DNA of 62,833 nt, filler included, from Choristocarpus tenellus KU-1152 (Eukaryota > Protista > Phaeophyceae): NCBI GenBank assembly GCA_964200185.2. It is 8 parts of 8 records of this genome, joined end to end, with 100 filler letters (N's around TTAATTAATTAA, not from the genome) between each part and the next. Parts side by side here need not be neighbours in the genome. Positions count along the whole stretch, not along the records: positions 40,097 to 50,856 come from CAXNAD020002731.1; positions 50,957 to 56,577 come from CAXNAD020010221.1; positions 56,678 to 59,661 come from CAXNAD020023147.1; positions 59,762 to 62,833 come from CAXNAD020022522.1; 4 more parts are not named here. One strand, 5' to 3'. How positions within the stretch are numbered: the first letter of the stretch is position 1; the number at the start of each line of letters is the position of its first letter. A model generated the notes under the pieces. It saw nothing but the letters and a program-made list of their open reading frames with translations. It made no database searches and had not been told where the DNA came from. Positions 50,701 to 62,833 of the stretch are shown in pieces. Position numbers and translations under genes: made by a program.

Positions 50701-50764
50701 CGGTTGTGCTGATGTCCATGCATTCACTCCTTGTCCTCACGGGGTCTGGTAGCAGCCTAGGGCT

Positions 50765-50856
50765 GGCTCAAAGTGTCTGGGGGGGGGGGGTGGCAGCTGT
50801 CCATTTGGGGTCAATTTTTTCATGTCGGGATTTTGGGGTGATTTGGTTGCATGGGT
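50765..50856 (-). mobile_element. MITE family A, half copy cut by contig end
   Basis: GGCTCAAAGTGTCTG(G)nTGGCAGCTGTCCATTTGGGGTCAATTTTTTCATGTC...GTGATTTGGTTGCA. Confidence 0.85.
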
Positions 50857-50956
50857 NNNNNNNNNNNNNNNNNNNNNNNNNNNNNNNNNNNNNNNNNNNN
50901 TTAATTAATTAANNNNNNNNNNNNNNNNNNNNNNNNNNNNNNNNNNNNNNNNNNNN
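50857..50956. other. Artificial contig linker
   Basis: N44-TTAATTAATTAA-N44. Confidence 0.99.
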
Positions 50957-51014
50957 CTGAGGTGATTTGTGATCTGCGTGTGTATGTGTGGGGGATGTCT
51001 CACATTATAAGACG

Positions 51015-51370
51015 TAGTGGACACGGTCCAGACATGCCAGAAAAAAATTGAACTCATTGGCGGCCATGGTCTGGACATGCAAGGGAAAAAGTTGAATGGC
51101 TAACCAGTCGACATGGACCGACACAATACCCTGTGGTCGTGGACCAAGACATAATATATAACTCTACGACCAGTCCGGATATGGATATGAACCAGTTCAA
51201 TACCTAATGGATATGGACTGGGATATGTTAAGAAAAACTGCGGGACTGGTCCAGGCATGGATATGGACATGGACCGGTTCGATGCCTAGTGGACATGGAG
51301 TGGGACATGTTAAATGATTGTGGGATGAGTCTGGTCATTGGACATAATGTTTTTAATTTCCTGGACCAGT
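51015..51370. repeat. Degenerate GGAC(A/C)-based repeat tract
   Basis: Recurrent GGACATGG / GGATATGG / GGACC units, plus two longer imperfect direct repeats at about 51170-51231 and 51246-51313. Confidence 0.7.
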
Positions 51371-51523
51371 AAAAAGCCTGGAAAATCTTTACCTATAGAT
51401 ATTATTAGTATCTCCGATTTCTCACAGAGAAAGTGTTGATGTATTTATCGACCTCTACTTTTCTGTGTTGGTATAAAATCGACCAAACTTGCTTGGTGTG
51501 GATTGGTTTGGGACCACTGAACC

Positions 51524-54500
51524 ATGGCATTTGTTCTGGGGCGAAGAGTAGGTACCACAGCAAATGTGTCATTCTTGGAGCGTATTGTCCCTGTACCGAC
51601 GCTGTCTAGTTTCTGCAGAGGGGACCTGAGACGGCGATGGCTGAGCGACACAGCATCCTCAACCAAACCTCTGCCACGATGGAGTATAAAGGACCCCCGG
51701 CCAAAGCGCCCTCGGACTGCTAAAGCTCATAGAGAGGAGTATCTTCGACGCCGTAGTGCCGCTTTCCTGGAGGAAGATAAGAAAGCGAAGGAACTTGGGT
51801 TAGATTGGGTGATCAAGAGCTCCATGTAAGTGTCAAGGCCAACTACCCTGCCACTTCCTCAACCCCCATATATGTCGTTCGGTAAATTGACACGAACCGT
51901 ACCCCCCTTTAGAGTGCTGGAACGACTTCCGGTAATTATGCCAGAATTCACAGACTGGCAAAAAGACATGTGGGAGCTGCAGGCACAACAAAGCTTTTAT
52001 GGACGAGAATATCCGCCCGAGCTTGGCATCATGGACAATGACGTCCCTTTGTTGACTATGGATCAGCTAATGGAGCAAAGTAATATTCCCGTGGCTCCTC
52101 GAAGGTGAATTTTTCTATTTGCAAAAGATGTTGCTCCTAATCGAGCGGCTATATTGCGCACATGTCGGAGTATTGCTGATTTAAAGCCTTTTCTCGAAGA
52201 TTTGGTGATCAGCTTTTAATGAACCGATATATTTTATCTGTGTAATCTTAGAGAAATTAGAGTAGAATATTGAAGTCCAATCCCACCTGATAAGATGTTG
52301 GTACAAGTCAAAGCAGCCCTGGAAAGATGCTACAATCGAAGTGTTGACCGCCCCATGACTTGTGTCATATTTGTAGACTCACCCTGAACCCCTGTGAAAA
52401 ACGGGCTATGTAAACAGCTGTAGCGTCATCATTGACACTAGAGTGTGGATTTGTTTTCCGAATCAAAAGGGTGTATTCTGTCTCTTGTTTCATATCCCCG
52501 GGGGAGGATTCGGCTGTCTTCTTGTAACTATTGCTCGTCTCTCGTTCATGTCACCCACACACCTTTATTCGTGAGGTAAGAGTTCGTTTTTTTGTTGTAT
52601 TTTTCCAATATGTGCACTCAATGTGGCAATTTGCACCTGAAATATTTGCTGTATGTATGATATTTTTTGCTCCAGTTCAAGTTTGCTGCATGCAACCCCG
52701 CTCGCTGAATGCCTGGTGGCCGAGATGTAGATCTTTATGTAGCAATAAAGTTCTAACAGTCTGTACCAAATCTGATGAGTGTTCTTACCCTATGATGATA
52801 AACTTCTACATTGTGGAACAACCATTTCAAAGTTGTGGATGAAGTGGTGTTTGCCAAGATACCTCGTATTTGACAAAGCAATAGCTCTCTTTTGGAACAA
52901 GAATTTCAACCTTAACACACTACACCCTTCACTGAAAACAATGATTCGAAAGACTCACCATGTGCATTCATCAATGTATATTTTTGGTGCAGAACACCTG
53001 CAGATGAAGAAGATGATCGAACATCACTAAACCGGGCTTTAGAGCACCGTTTGATTCTGATTGTGAAAGAGGGCGCAGAATCCCCATGGCACCTACCAGA
53101 GAGTGCTTGGAAGGTGACATACCATTGCTTGTTATTGTTTTTTTGAAAAGAGAGTTTGGGGCGAATTTTACGGCATCTGCTGTTGATAAAATCTCTTTTT
53201 TTGCACTGCAGCATACGTTTCACTATTTTATTGAAGGTAGAATGAGATGTTGCTGTGTTTGCCCTAGATGGGGATTGCTTCTGTCATGCAATTCTTGGAG
53301 TGATAAGAGATTGCACACAATTCTATGCCCCTGGACAGGCAGGAGAGACTATTCGCCAGGCAGCAGAGAGAACTGCCCGTCAACTGCTACGCAGGACAGC
53401 CATTGTATTCGGTCAACCTGATAATGTTGCCCAGCTTCATTTTGTGGGAAATTGTCCTGCAGGTTGGCTGTGGCGCACTTTGGGCAAGGATGAAAGAAAC
53501 CGGTGTGGGCATTATGGAGAAAAGGTGAGGACTGTTCCAGTTTCACCTCACCAGGTACAGAGAACAATGAAACGTGTATAACCTCCCTTCAGATACTGTA
53601 GTTGCTCTGCAACTATCTTGTTGTCTGGAGCTCATGATATATTTGTCGAAACAATCACTTGCTTATAGAATCACACCCACAACATGTATGGGAACTTTTA
53701 ATTTAGTAAGGTTAGACAGCTTCAAGAGCTTTGATGAAGTGTCCAGTCCTAGTGGGTAGTGGACACTACCATGGTATTCAATGTGAGCTATATTTTCCGA
53801 GGCTATTGACACAGATGCCTGGCAGGGTGAGGGTAATTTTAAATTTTGACAAGCGGTACCTCAATAGAGTACGTAAATCTATTAGGGTTTGTGTTCAAGA
53901 GCAGTGTTGTCTCCTCTTTGCTAGGTTTGAAACCCCACTTCTTGTGAGGACTATTTTGTGATGTATGGGGAAAGAAAAAAAACATTTTGAAGTTATACAC
54001 ACTTCAGTTATAAAAATTATAGGCCTATGCCTGCTGTTTCTCCAGACCAGCTGTACTGACAAGAAATAATATCAACTCGCACAGATGGCATGTACTCCAG
54101 TTTAATTTGTTTGTTCCTTGACAGCTTGCTTCGGTTACTTCTATTGTCTCAGAAATTCCCTTAAAGAGCACTTAGTGATGGATGTTTGAAAGCAGGTAAA
54201 TTTTGTATGGATTGAGGACTTGAAAGTGTATGTAGTGGAACATGTTCAAGGCCCATCTACCGCCCATAAAAGCCATTATTTTACCAGGTACAAAGTTCAC
54301 GTTGACAATTGTTGTACCGAGTTTTCACCTGAGTCAACAAGTGTGATGTGCTTTCCGGATTTTCCTGACCCCAAGGCAAGCACAATAAATGTGTACACAG
54401 CACTTCTCTCTTGTGGATTGATTTCGTATTTGCATGTATTGAATGTCCCACGGCAATGTCTACATCCTTTTATCTACCTGTCAGTCCAATGCATGATCTT

Positions 54501-54703
54501 TAACTGTATCATGGTGCACCCATTTTTTCCCCGATGGACACTGATTAATTGCCCATGTGCAGGTGTTCTTCAACCGTGTTCAGCTTATAACTGGCAAACC
54601 CGACCTCAGGAAGACTTCGACGCAGTTTCTTTGGGTGACAAAGCATGAAATTGGGGAATATTTGGGTAGCGATGCTGGGACATACTTCTCACACATGATT
54701 TAG
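51524..54703 (+). CDS. MRPL46: Mitochondrial large-subunit ribosomal protein mL46 (complete, 5 exons)
   Basis: Exons 51524-51825, 51913-52104, 52993-53113, 53339-53524 and 54563-54703: VLERLPVI..., PVAPRRTPADEEDDRTSLNRALEHRLILIVK, WHLP...GETIRQAAER, FVGNCPAG, KVFFNRVQL, FLWVTKHEIGEYL. The leader is Arg-rich and presequence-like. Confidence 0.93.
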
Positions 54704-56577
54704 GCCCTGTAAAGCTGTGAGGGTTATGGCAGCTTGATAACATATGTGTAATGTTAACACTCACTTTACAGCCTGAGCAGAGATTTTTTGTGACTTTGTG
54801 TTGTTAGGGATCAACCAAAATCTCTAGGCATGCACAGTGATGCTCCAAATTTTCAAAATATTTCCCTTTGGCTAAAACTAGTAGTTTTTGTCCCTGAGAT
54901 CGCATGGTAGTTTATTCCTTCTTTGAGACTCACAGGTTGGTGCAAACTTTCCCAGCTAACGATAACTTTGATTAACCACATTCACTGGTACCATTGTTTT
55001 GCAGATACTTTGTCAAGAGCAAAACTGCAACAACATTTTAGTCTCAACAGGTTGAGGTCCTTCCATTATAATGTTTCAAACGCTTCTTGTTGCTCATTTA
55101 CTGTGTTTGTTACTATTGAAAAGTGATACCAGAGGCTCAAATCTGGTCACCATTGAGCAGAGCACATAATGTGTTTTGGCATGTATCTTTTCTTTACAAA
55201 CAATTGTTCGGCAACTCTAGAGTTTCACTTGACAGGTTTGTGCGCTCCCTTTTGTTGCTGGTTGTGATGGAAAGAAATTCCAGGTGAATATTATTTGAGG
55301 TAAGAATTAAAAAGAGCCCTGTCATTGGTCAGTATGACTTCACAACTAAATGAAATTACCCAGCCAATTTCAAGTCTTTGCAAGAGAGATTTTAGAACTG
55401 AGGTTTCCGAGAGTTGCGATGATCATCTCATTCAGTGATGCAATCCATGTTTGTACTGCCTCCATCCATGCCTTGCTCGTCACATATTTGGTTCAGTCAT
55501 CCCACCACTTCTTGTCTTGCTCTATTTCCACCCTCAAATCATCTGCTGGACCCACCTCGGCATTGCTCAGTAATGAAGTCTATCGCCTCATTCTTGGTCC
55601 AGCATTTATCTCGTATAGCAACAGATATAATTGTATGGGTATACAATCTGTAGCGCTTCCCACCTGGATGTTGGAGAATCAAAACCAGATATCCATTAAA
55701 TAAGTATGGCTTCAAGTGGGTTTGAACACATTAAATTCATACAGGCAACTAGGTGCCTTCAAACTACTGAGCTACAACGACACTCATTTGTGTAAACTGC
55801 ACTGTTATTTTCCCCCAAAGAAATGCTTGAACAAGAAGCAGGTCCTATAAAGGGAGAGAGTATCTGATGACAGCTGCAACTATCCATAGGATTCCATCTA
55901 TACTGTTGTCTTCAGTGTTTCTGTGAGATACATGCTAAACTACTGTGATGTGGAAGAGAGATTCACACATGCATTAAATTGCTTCAAATTAGTGTGTCAA
56001 TTGTGTTGATTCAGTAACTACAGTTCTCTTAAATTTAAGGTAATAGTAACATTAAAATCTGATGGTTTTGGATTGTAATATTAGCTTAGGAGTTTTTCTA
56101 AAAACAATCTGCTCGAGACAGTATATAAATTAATTCCTCACACCAATTCATCATGTACATAAACTTTATAAAAATTTCTCACAATGCTCCTTACTTTGCT
56201 ATCTATATGAGTACACAATTCAATTTCATCTGTGTTGACCCAAAGACTTGGACCCAACTATGTATTGTTAGTTGCCAAAACCCTTTCACTGAACACAACG
56301 AAAATAGGTTACATTAGTATCTTATCTCTTTTCAAATCCTTGTTACCCCCAAGTATAACACGTATTCCACCTAATAATGGAAGTTACCACTCATCTCTCC
56401 TCAACTAACTAGAGTGGGTTCTAGTCATTGTGTGGAAAGCATGTTTGCCTGTTATAATACCGTATTGCCATATACCGTGGTACCGAGTGAGGATCCCAGT
56501 CAAGAGTTCATGGTTTCACTGACGGACTTTTTCCGTTACAATGAAACCATGAAAGTTCTTCATGTGACCAATCCCAT

Positions 56578-56677
56578 NNNNNNNNNNNNNNNNNNNNNNN
56601 NNNNNNNNNNNNNNNNNNNNNTTAATTAATTAANNNNNNNNNNNNNNNNNNNNNNNNNNNNNNNNNNNNNNNNNNNN
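56578..56677. other. Artificial contig linker
   Basis: N44-TTAATTAATTAA-N44. Confidence 0.99.
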
Positions 56678-56866
56678 AAAAAAAAAAAAAAAAGAAAAGG
56701 AGAAAAAGAGAGGGTGTGGGGGTGGGGTGAGGGGGGGGGGGGGGGGGGAAAGGGGGAGATTGGTGCATGGAAGAAAAAAGTTAAAATTTTCTGAGTAGAA
56801 AAAAAGAAAAATGAGAAAGGCTTCATCCACCACCTCTACGCACAAATCAGTAAATGGAAACATCTT

Positions 56867-56903
56867 CACATCACATCACATCACATCACATCACATCACA
56901 TCT
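56867..56903. repeat. (CATCA)n pentanucleotide microsatellite
   Basis: CACATCACATCACAT... Confidence 0.9.
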
Positions 56904-57421
56904 GACATTCCCATTGCACCTTGCTCCCACCCATGAAGCTCTCCAAGGCTATCCCATCACCACATCATTCACTCTTTCCCCTAGCCTTGAAGAGTGACAA
57001 CTTGCCACTGCATGCAATTCCTACTTACCCTCAAATCAATCAATAAATTCATTAATCAATCAACAGGGATAGACCAAGTCTTCACTACCAACAAGATCGT
57101 CTCTAAACTAAACTAAAACTAAATTAAAACTAAACTAAACTATCCCCATACACAATAATCTTACATGCCAACGCCAACTCACATAATAACAAGCCTCACT
57201 TCACTCCCGACCCCAACATCACACCTGCAGTTCAACTCGCCTTCAAGTACAGCACAGACGCCTCTCAAGTGCAACAAAACCTACGCTCCATACAATAAAT
57301 AATAATAATTCAGTACTTCAAAAAGTAACTTCAAAAAGTAACTTCAAGGCGCTTCAACCTGTCAAGACATTAATACACCCAAAGTTCCTCCCCCCACAAC
57401 CAACTTGTCATTTGATCCCAC

Positions 57422-58917
57422 CTTGGGAGGCGGGAAGCAGGTGAGAAGCATGGTCACCACCTCCCAACAACGTTGCCTTGAGGCCTCTATGTCATTGTCA
57501 GTGAGCTGCTTCATCACCTGAACATATAACTCCCCTCGAAGAGCCTCCATTTCAAGCCCTACAGTGTCACCAGGGTTAGGGTTAGGACCAAGATTAAGGT
57601 CAGGATTGGGATTAGGGCTCAGACTAGCCTACACTAGAGTAAACTAGACTAGAGTAGACTAAGTAGAGTAGACTAGAGTAGAGTTACTTGCATCAACAGG
57701 GACAAAGGACACATATGAGATGTACTAGTGTGACATGAGTGTAACGAGCACAGGGGGACTAATGTTCCTGTAGAGATGTTCTACAAACCTGTAACCCTAT
57801 CCCTAACCCTATGACTTCAGATACACGCAATGAATACACTGGTGTGACAAGGTACCGAGTACTTTCCCCTATACCGATATGAATATGAATATGAATATGA
57901 ATATGATATGCATTACAGATGTAGAATTGAACAAAATACTGACAAGACCCTACAAAAAAAAGACACATAAATCGCTCAAGCTACTTCAACCAATACTAAA
58001 TGAAACAGTCACCTAATAACATGTCATACCAAGTTAGTGAGTATTAGAAATAACATGCCATATGAAGTAAGGTATTAGTATTCATGTCATTTAAAGTTAA
58101 GTATTAGAAATAACACCAAGAGTACATCACATCTTCAACAAGATATCAAATATATAAATAAATATACCTACTTATATTTTATTTTATTATAATATGAAAG
58201 TACATAACAGGGCTACATACACCATACCATTGCATAGGTATACTTTGGACACACAGAGCAAGGCATACATACTAATCCTGACAACTAATACATAACACAC
58301 TTGAATATAGCTATTGAAACATTGCTTCATGGAGGGGGGAGGATCAAAGGAGGAGAGAGTCAATACATGGAGGTGGGTTTGTATGTATGATAGTAGCAAT
58401 AATCACACAATACCTTCAATTCAAAAATAAACTACCCTAACCATAACCTAGGCATAACATACGTTAAAAAAAATCACAACTTCAAAAAATTACCCTAACC
58501 TTATCCCTTTAAAAAAACTTACAACAGCCATAAAAAAAAACGTAATAGATGTGGTTAAATAACCCACAGATGTGGTTAAATAACCCAACATAATAGATGT
58601 AAACGATAGTTATGATCATGTCTATAATGATAGTTATGAACATGTCTATAATGATAGTTATGATCATGTCTATAATGATAGTTATGAACATGTCTATAAT
58701 GATAGTTATGAACAACAATGATGTTAACTCACCCTTCACCACAATTTCTCGAACAAGAGCATCTGGGTACTGGTACTTCCTGTCCCCACAGTACCCCAGA
58801 AGGTTCTTGAACTGCTTCACTGCCTCCCCCTTGAGTCCAGATTGCTCTGTCAGTGACTTGTGTATTGGCTCTGTGGTCCAGTGAAGGAACGTTGATGCAA
58901 GATCTGCCTTCTTTCCC
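57422..58917 (-). CDS. MyTH4-domain protein fragment (myosin- or kinesin-tail type), two internal exons
   Basis: Exons 58917-58733 and 57558-57422: FLHWTTEPIHKSLT...EAVKQFKNLLGYCGDR...EIVVKG|LEMEALRGELYVQVMKQLTDN...SRQRCWEVVTMLLTCFPP, matching the MyTH4 consensus LRDELYxQxxKQLTxN...W...FPP. Confidence 0.88.
58605..58714. repeat. 24-bp minisatellite with alternating variants (48-bp higher-order unit)
   Basis: GATAGTTATGA(T/A)CATGTCTATAAT x about 4.5, with T and A variants alternating. Confidence 0.93.
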
Positions 58918-58929
58918 CTGATTAATATC

Positions 58930-59142
58930 GCAACAATAACAGTAACATCAATAATAATTATATTTATATTTATATCACAATAATAATAGTATCAATAATA
59001 ATAATAATAATTTAGTATCACAGCAATAATAATAATACTTATATTTATATCACAATAATAATAATATTTATATTTATATCACAATAATAATAGTATCCAT
59101 AATAATAATTTAGTATCACAACAATAATAATAATATTAATAA
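58930..59142. repeat. AT-rich (AAT)n low-complexity tract
   Basis: Repeated ATCACAATAATAAT / TATATTTATATT blocks. Confidence 0.85.
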
Positions 59143-59641
59143 AAGGTATCTGAACTATGCAATCAACATGCCGCCTTTCTAACCCTAACTGAATTTAAAT
59201 AATACAATTGCTATGACATAATATCAAATTGCTGTCATACCCCCCCTCCCCCTTCCCTTCTCTCTCAATGCATCTTTAAAGAAATCATTAGAAAAATCTA
59301 CATACCACCATAATTCTAGTTTTGCCCACATGGTTCTATTATGGAAATAGTGAAGATATTGTACACACCATCATCCATCATGGTCCAATCCATTGCACAG
59401 CCACAACACGACCCTAACCCTAACCACCCAGCAAGTCACCCATGGCAGTGTTTCTCGTGTTTTTTTCTCTTTTTTTACTCAAGAATCTTTAAAAATACAA
59501 AAAAATATATATATATACATTGTGTATTGTACAATGAGCTAGTTCTGTTGCAATTTAAAAGACTCCGCTATATGCAAAAAATAATTCAAAAATAGTGCAA
59601 TAATAATAAAATTGTAAATGCTTCACTAATATTGCATATCG

Positions 59642-59661
59642 GGCTCAAAGTATCTGGGGGG
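59642..59661. mobile_element. MITE family A terminus at contig end
   Basis: GGCTCAAAGTATCTGGGGGG runs into the linker. Confidence 0.75.
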
Positions 59662-59761
59662 NNNNNNNNNNNNNNNNNNNNNNNNNNNNNNNNNNNNNNN
59701 NNNNNTTAATTAATTAANNNNNNNNNNNNNNNNNNNNNNNNNNNNNNNNNNNNNNNNNNNN
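59662..59761. other. Artificial contig linker
   Basis: N44-TTAATTAATTAA-N44. Confidence 0.99.
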
Positions 59762-60084
59762 GGTAAAAACCGAATAAATAGGGCGGGGGGGGGGGGGGGG
59801 GGAAGGAGGGGGGACCAAGTTCAACCACAAAAAATAAGAAAAGGGATACCAAACAGTGGCAAACATTGTACAATCAAAATACACTGGGGAGGGGGAGACC
59901 AAGGAATCCTGGAAGGAGGCTATGTCTAGCAGAGGAGGATATACTGATGTACTAAGGATGGTCACTGTACCAATACCTACTATAATATCAACCCTACCAA
60001 ACCCAACCCCTCCTCAGTTCCCCCTCTCCCCATCTCCATCTCCATGCATGTCCCTTGTCCCTTGGTGGATTTTTCTTCATACTT

Positions 60085-62528
60085 GCTCTATAGCATATGT
60101 TGCCCTCCCTTGCCTTCTCATTTTCTTGCCCATTTTCATTACCAGTCTCAGTCTCTCCCCCCTCTCCATTGTCAGTTCTACTCTGATCGTGGCTCTCAGT
60201 GCTGTCAATGCTGTCATTGTCACTGACACCGCCATCTTCACTTCCTGGGAAGAGACCCAACAAGTGTATTTGGACTGTGGTTGTTGAAACAGGCAATGAA
60301 GGGGATAGGCGGAGGGGGCTAGACCTATCTTGTGGATAGGGAGTATGTGCTTATCTGTTCGTCACTGCTACACACATGTGCCCTCGCCCTCACCGTTCTT
60401 AGAGCAAAACCCATTACATGAGCAGTCATCAAAAAATAAAGATAAAATAAACAAACAAATTATATACACAAAATGTATAGTACAACACCTACTAATACAA
60501 AAAAGGTTGAAAGCGGGCAAGGGTGTCAGAGGTAACAATCTCGAGTAGAACATTAAATGATCAAAACAATCAACATATATTTTATGTATTTTATTCAAGT
60601 AGAACAGAATTCTGAATTAGATGTATTTGTTTACTTCCAAACATACGGTAACGTAGAACACAATCTACCTGACAACTGAAACACAGTCAACGCTATCATG
60701 CCTCATCACAGCACTGTCATTATCCAATCCCAAAAACCCTACAACAATTGTGTCAGAGGTAATGCAAGCCATTCACATACTAGCAACTCCTTCGAGTCAA
60801 AAACAAGTAGACTGTATGTACTATTGTCAATATCCATCACCAGTACCACTACTTCAAACAAGCGATCCAAACACAACAGATGCTGCAATTACAAATCACC
60901 TTCTACCCCCCCCCCCGCCCGCCTCTTCCCCTACAACTATTAATGATGTAATAGGACTAGATACTTTTCCTTGCGCATTTTTTTTAGAGTTAGGGACTGC
61001 CTCTTACAAAAGAGTCAGTAGAATGAACATACTGTTAATAGAGCATACAAATTCAGTTTTTTTTCATTAAGATCTTGGTTTACTTGCATACTATTTCCTC
61101 AGGGTTAGAGGCATGTATGTTATCAGGGCACTTTACTTAAACCAACCCAACAGCCAGTATAATCATTTGTACATTTAAATACGTCTTGACTAAAACACAA
61201 TACAGAGATGAACCAATCAAATCGTTTGTATCTTCAAACACGTTTTGAAGAAAACACAGTACAGAGATGAACCAATCAAATAAATTGTATCTTCAAGTAT
61301 TTTTTGAAGAAAAAACAATACAGAGATGAACCAATAAAAAAACATCCATCCACTGCTCTCTAGCTAGTAGCACATGCACCCATTAGCTAGTGCATACCCT
61401 TACAAGTATCGACATCTGTAGCCAAATCTAGTTTGTTGAAATCTTTATATAATCACAACAAACACCTACAGTACCACAGCCCCACCCACCACTTTCCTTT
61501 CCCCTCACCTTCTCTCTCTGCCTCCTCCTCCTCCTCCTCCTCCCCACCCCCTACTGCAGCCCTCTCCGCCATGTGCTCTGCCAACGCCTCCTTTTCCTCT
61601 TGTGTCAGACCAGGACCGGAGCCATCATGAGTAGCTCCAGGGGGCAGGGGCATCTCACTCAGTTCCTTCTCTGCCTGAGCAGCCCAGTCCTCATTTTGTT
61701 TCCTGTCCAAGGTGCCCATGTAGGGATTGTTCTCCACCAAAGTTGCAAGAAGCTTTTTTTCAAGGCCAGTAAGGATCGGAAGAGATGAATAACAAGGGAG
61801 GGGATGGGGGAGGGGAGATAGATGGGGAATAGTGGGGGGGGGGGAAGGTAGCAAAATGGCATTCAAAAAGGGACCTTTGGCCTTTGCATTCCATCATGCT
61901 CCCTCAACAGGTTAGATGCTGTATATTTAGACATATCTTTCAACTATTATTATGCGCTGGAAATTACAAAAAGCCTCCAATTGCAAACCCCAGCACCACA
62001 AGCAGAACAGCATGAGAAAAGAGAACACCAAACCATATTGTTTATTTTTACAATCTAATTTATCATCACATTAGTGTTAGGGATCCCACATCCGAGGCCA
62101 AAATGGTAATCCGAAAAAGATGAAGTACACAGTTTGAGAAAAGGCAACAGGACCGACCATTAAAGATAAAATAAAAGCAGGGGAAGAAAAAGGAAAAAAC
62201 GCGCCACAAGACCATCGTGCAAAACCCTTCCCCACCTCCCACACAAACAAAGCAGCAACAATAAAATTGAACGTCGTGGTGGCCTGAAAAAACTCAAGTC
62301 GCTACTCCCCCCCTACCCCCTACCCCTCCCAGCGTAACCCTTCCATAAGATAATTGCTCCTATTTTCATCCCACCCTCCCAATCACCAGCTACAAACCTT
62401 GACAGCCTCCTTCCGGACAAGAGAGCTTGTGTCCTTCAACCGGTCTGTCCCCAGGCGGGTCACAACAAGGATACGACCGAGAGGTACCGCACGCCTCCTT
62501 ATTAGCGTGGACCAGGCCTGAAGCACCG
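60085..62528 (-). CDS. NCAPD2: Condensin I subunit CAP-D2 (Cnd1/Ycs4), internal exons
   Basis: Exons 62528-62398 (VLQAWSTLIRRRAVPLGRILVVTRLGTDRLKDTSSLVRKEAVK) and 61752-61509 (LLATLVENNPYMGTLD... acidic), plus an acidic exon starting at 60244 whose donor is uncertain. Matches the CAP-D2 HEAT segment RLxDkSSxVRKxAxxLLxxLxxxNPF. Confidence 0.8.
61192..61340. repeat. ~59-bp tandem repeat, about 2.5 copies (intronic)
   Basis: AAAACACAATACAGAGATGAACCAATCAAAT...TGTATCTTCAA...TTTTGAAG repeated. Confidence 0.88.
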
Positions 62529-62833
62529 CTAGCCTACACATATCATAGTCAGTAGAAAGACGGTGGGGCAGGAGAAAGGGTGCAACTTGAATGAAGGGGA
62601 ACAGTTAGAGGGGAGAGGGGGGGAGGAGGGGGGGGTGAGGACTTCGATGATGTGGGATATCTGGGGCATCCAAGACAGACCTAGACATTGAGAAACAATA
62701 AAAAGAAAAATGGTCACGGTCTCTTGATTCAATGAATCGTGGCCCACTCAGTGGAGGCATAGCAGTTGTCAAAGAGGGATCTGTGAGAGCTCATGGCAGG
62801 GAGGGGGGAGGGGGGAGGGTATGTACTTATCAC

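Noticed and set aside
54704-56577. ORFs downstream of mL46 (for example 55350-55703)
   Set aside because: No motifs or consistent exon structure; probably 3' UTR or intergenic.
58509-58884. Repetitive ORFs (MIMSIMIV.../ITIIIDM...) and a CRISPR-like periodicity
   Set aside because: This is a head-to-tail 24-bp intronic minisatellite with no spacers and no cas genes, in a eukaryotic context.
61192-61340. Repeat-spacer-like pattern
   Set aside because: The apparent spacers resemble each other, so it is a plain tandem repeat.

Overview
This window is not one locus. It is eight eukaryotic contigs joined by artificial 100-nt linkers (N44-TTAATTAATTAA-N44): 1-5359, 5460-31106, 31207-36273, 36374-39996, 40097-50856, 50957-56577, 56678-59661 and 59762-62833. 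The genes are intron-rich, and two carry signal peptide + Phe bipartite plastid-type leaders, which points to a photosynthetic stramenopile (brown-alga-like; inference). Most ORF-track entries are intronic noise. Manual splicing gives ten genes: an acyl-activating enzyme head-to-head with a plastid-type alpha/beta hydrolase, a 22-exon ~906-aa LRR protein with repeated unnamed C-terminal modules, a plastid-type UbiA prenyltransferase head-to-head with a probable TBC/Rab-GAP, a Wee1/Myt1 kinase, a C2-domain protein, mitoribosomal mL46, a MyTH4-domain fragment and condensin CAP-D2. The most notable non-coding signals are three MITE families sharing a G-N4-A(A/T)AGTATCT terminus. Inside the LRR gene they occur as inverted pairs, two of which bracket single exons. 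Also notable are a 177-bp tandem duplication that copies a 3' splice site (a decoy or recursive AG|GT), a required GC-AG intron, a tail-to-tail pair of decayed RLE-type LINEs, and many intronic TTAGGG-like tracts. No complete new system can be proven from sequence alone.
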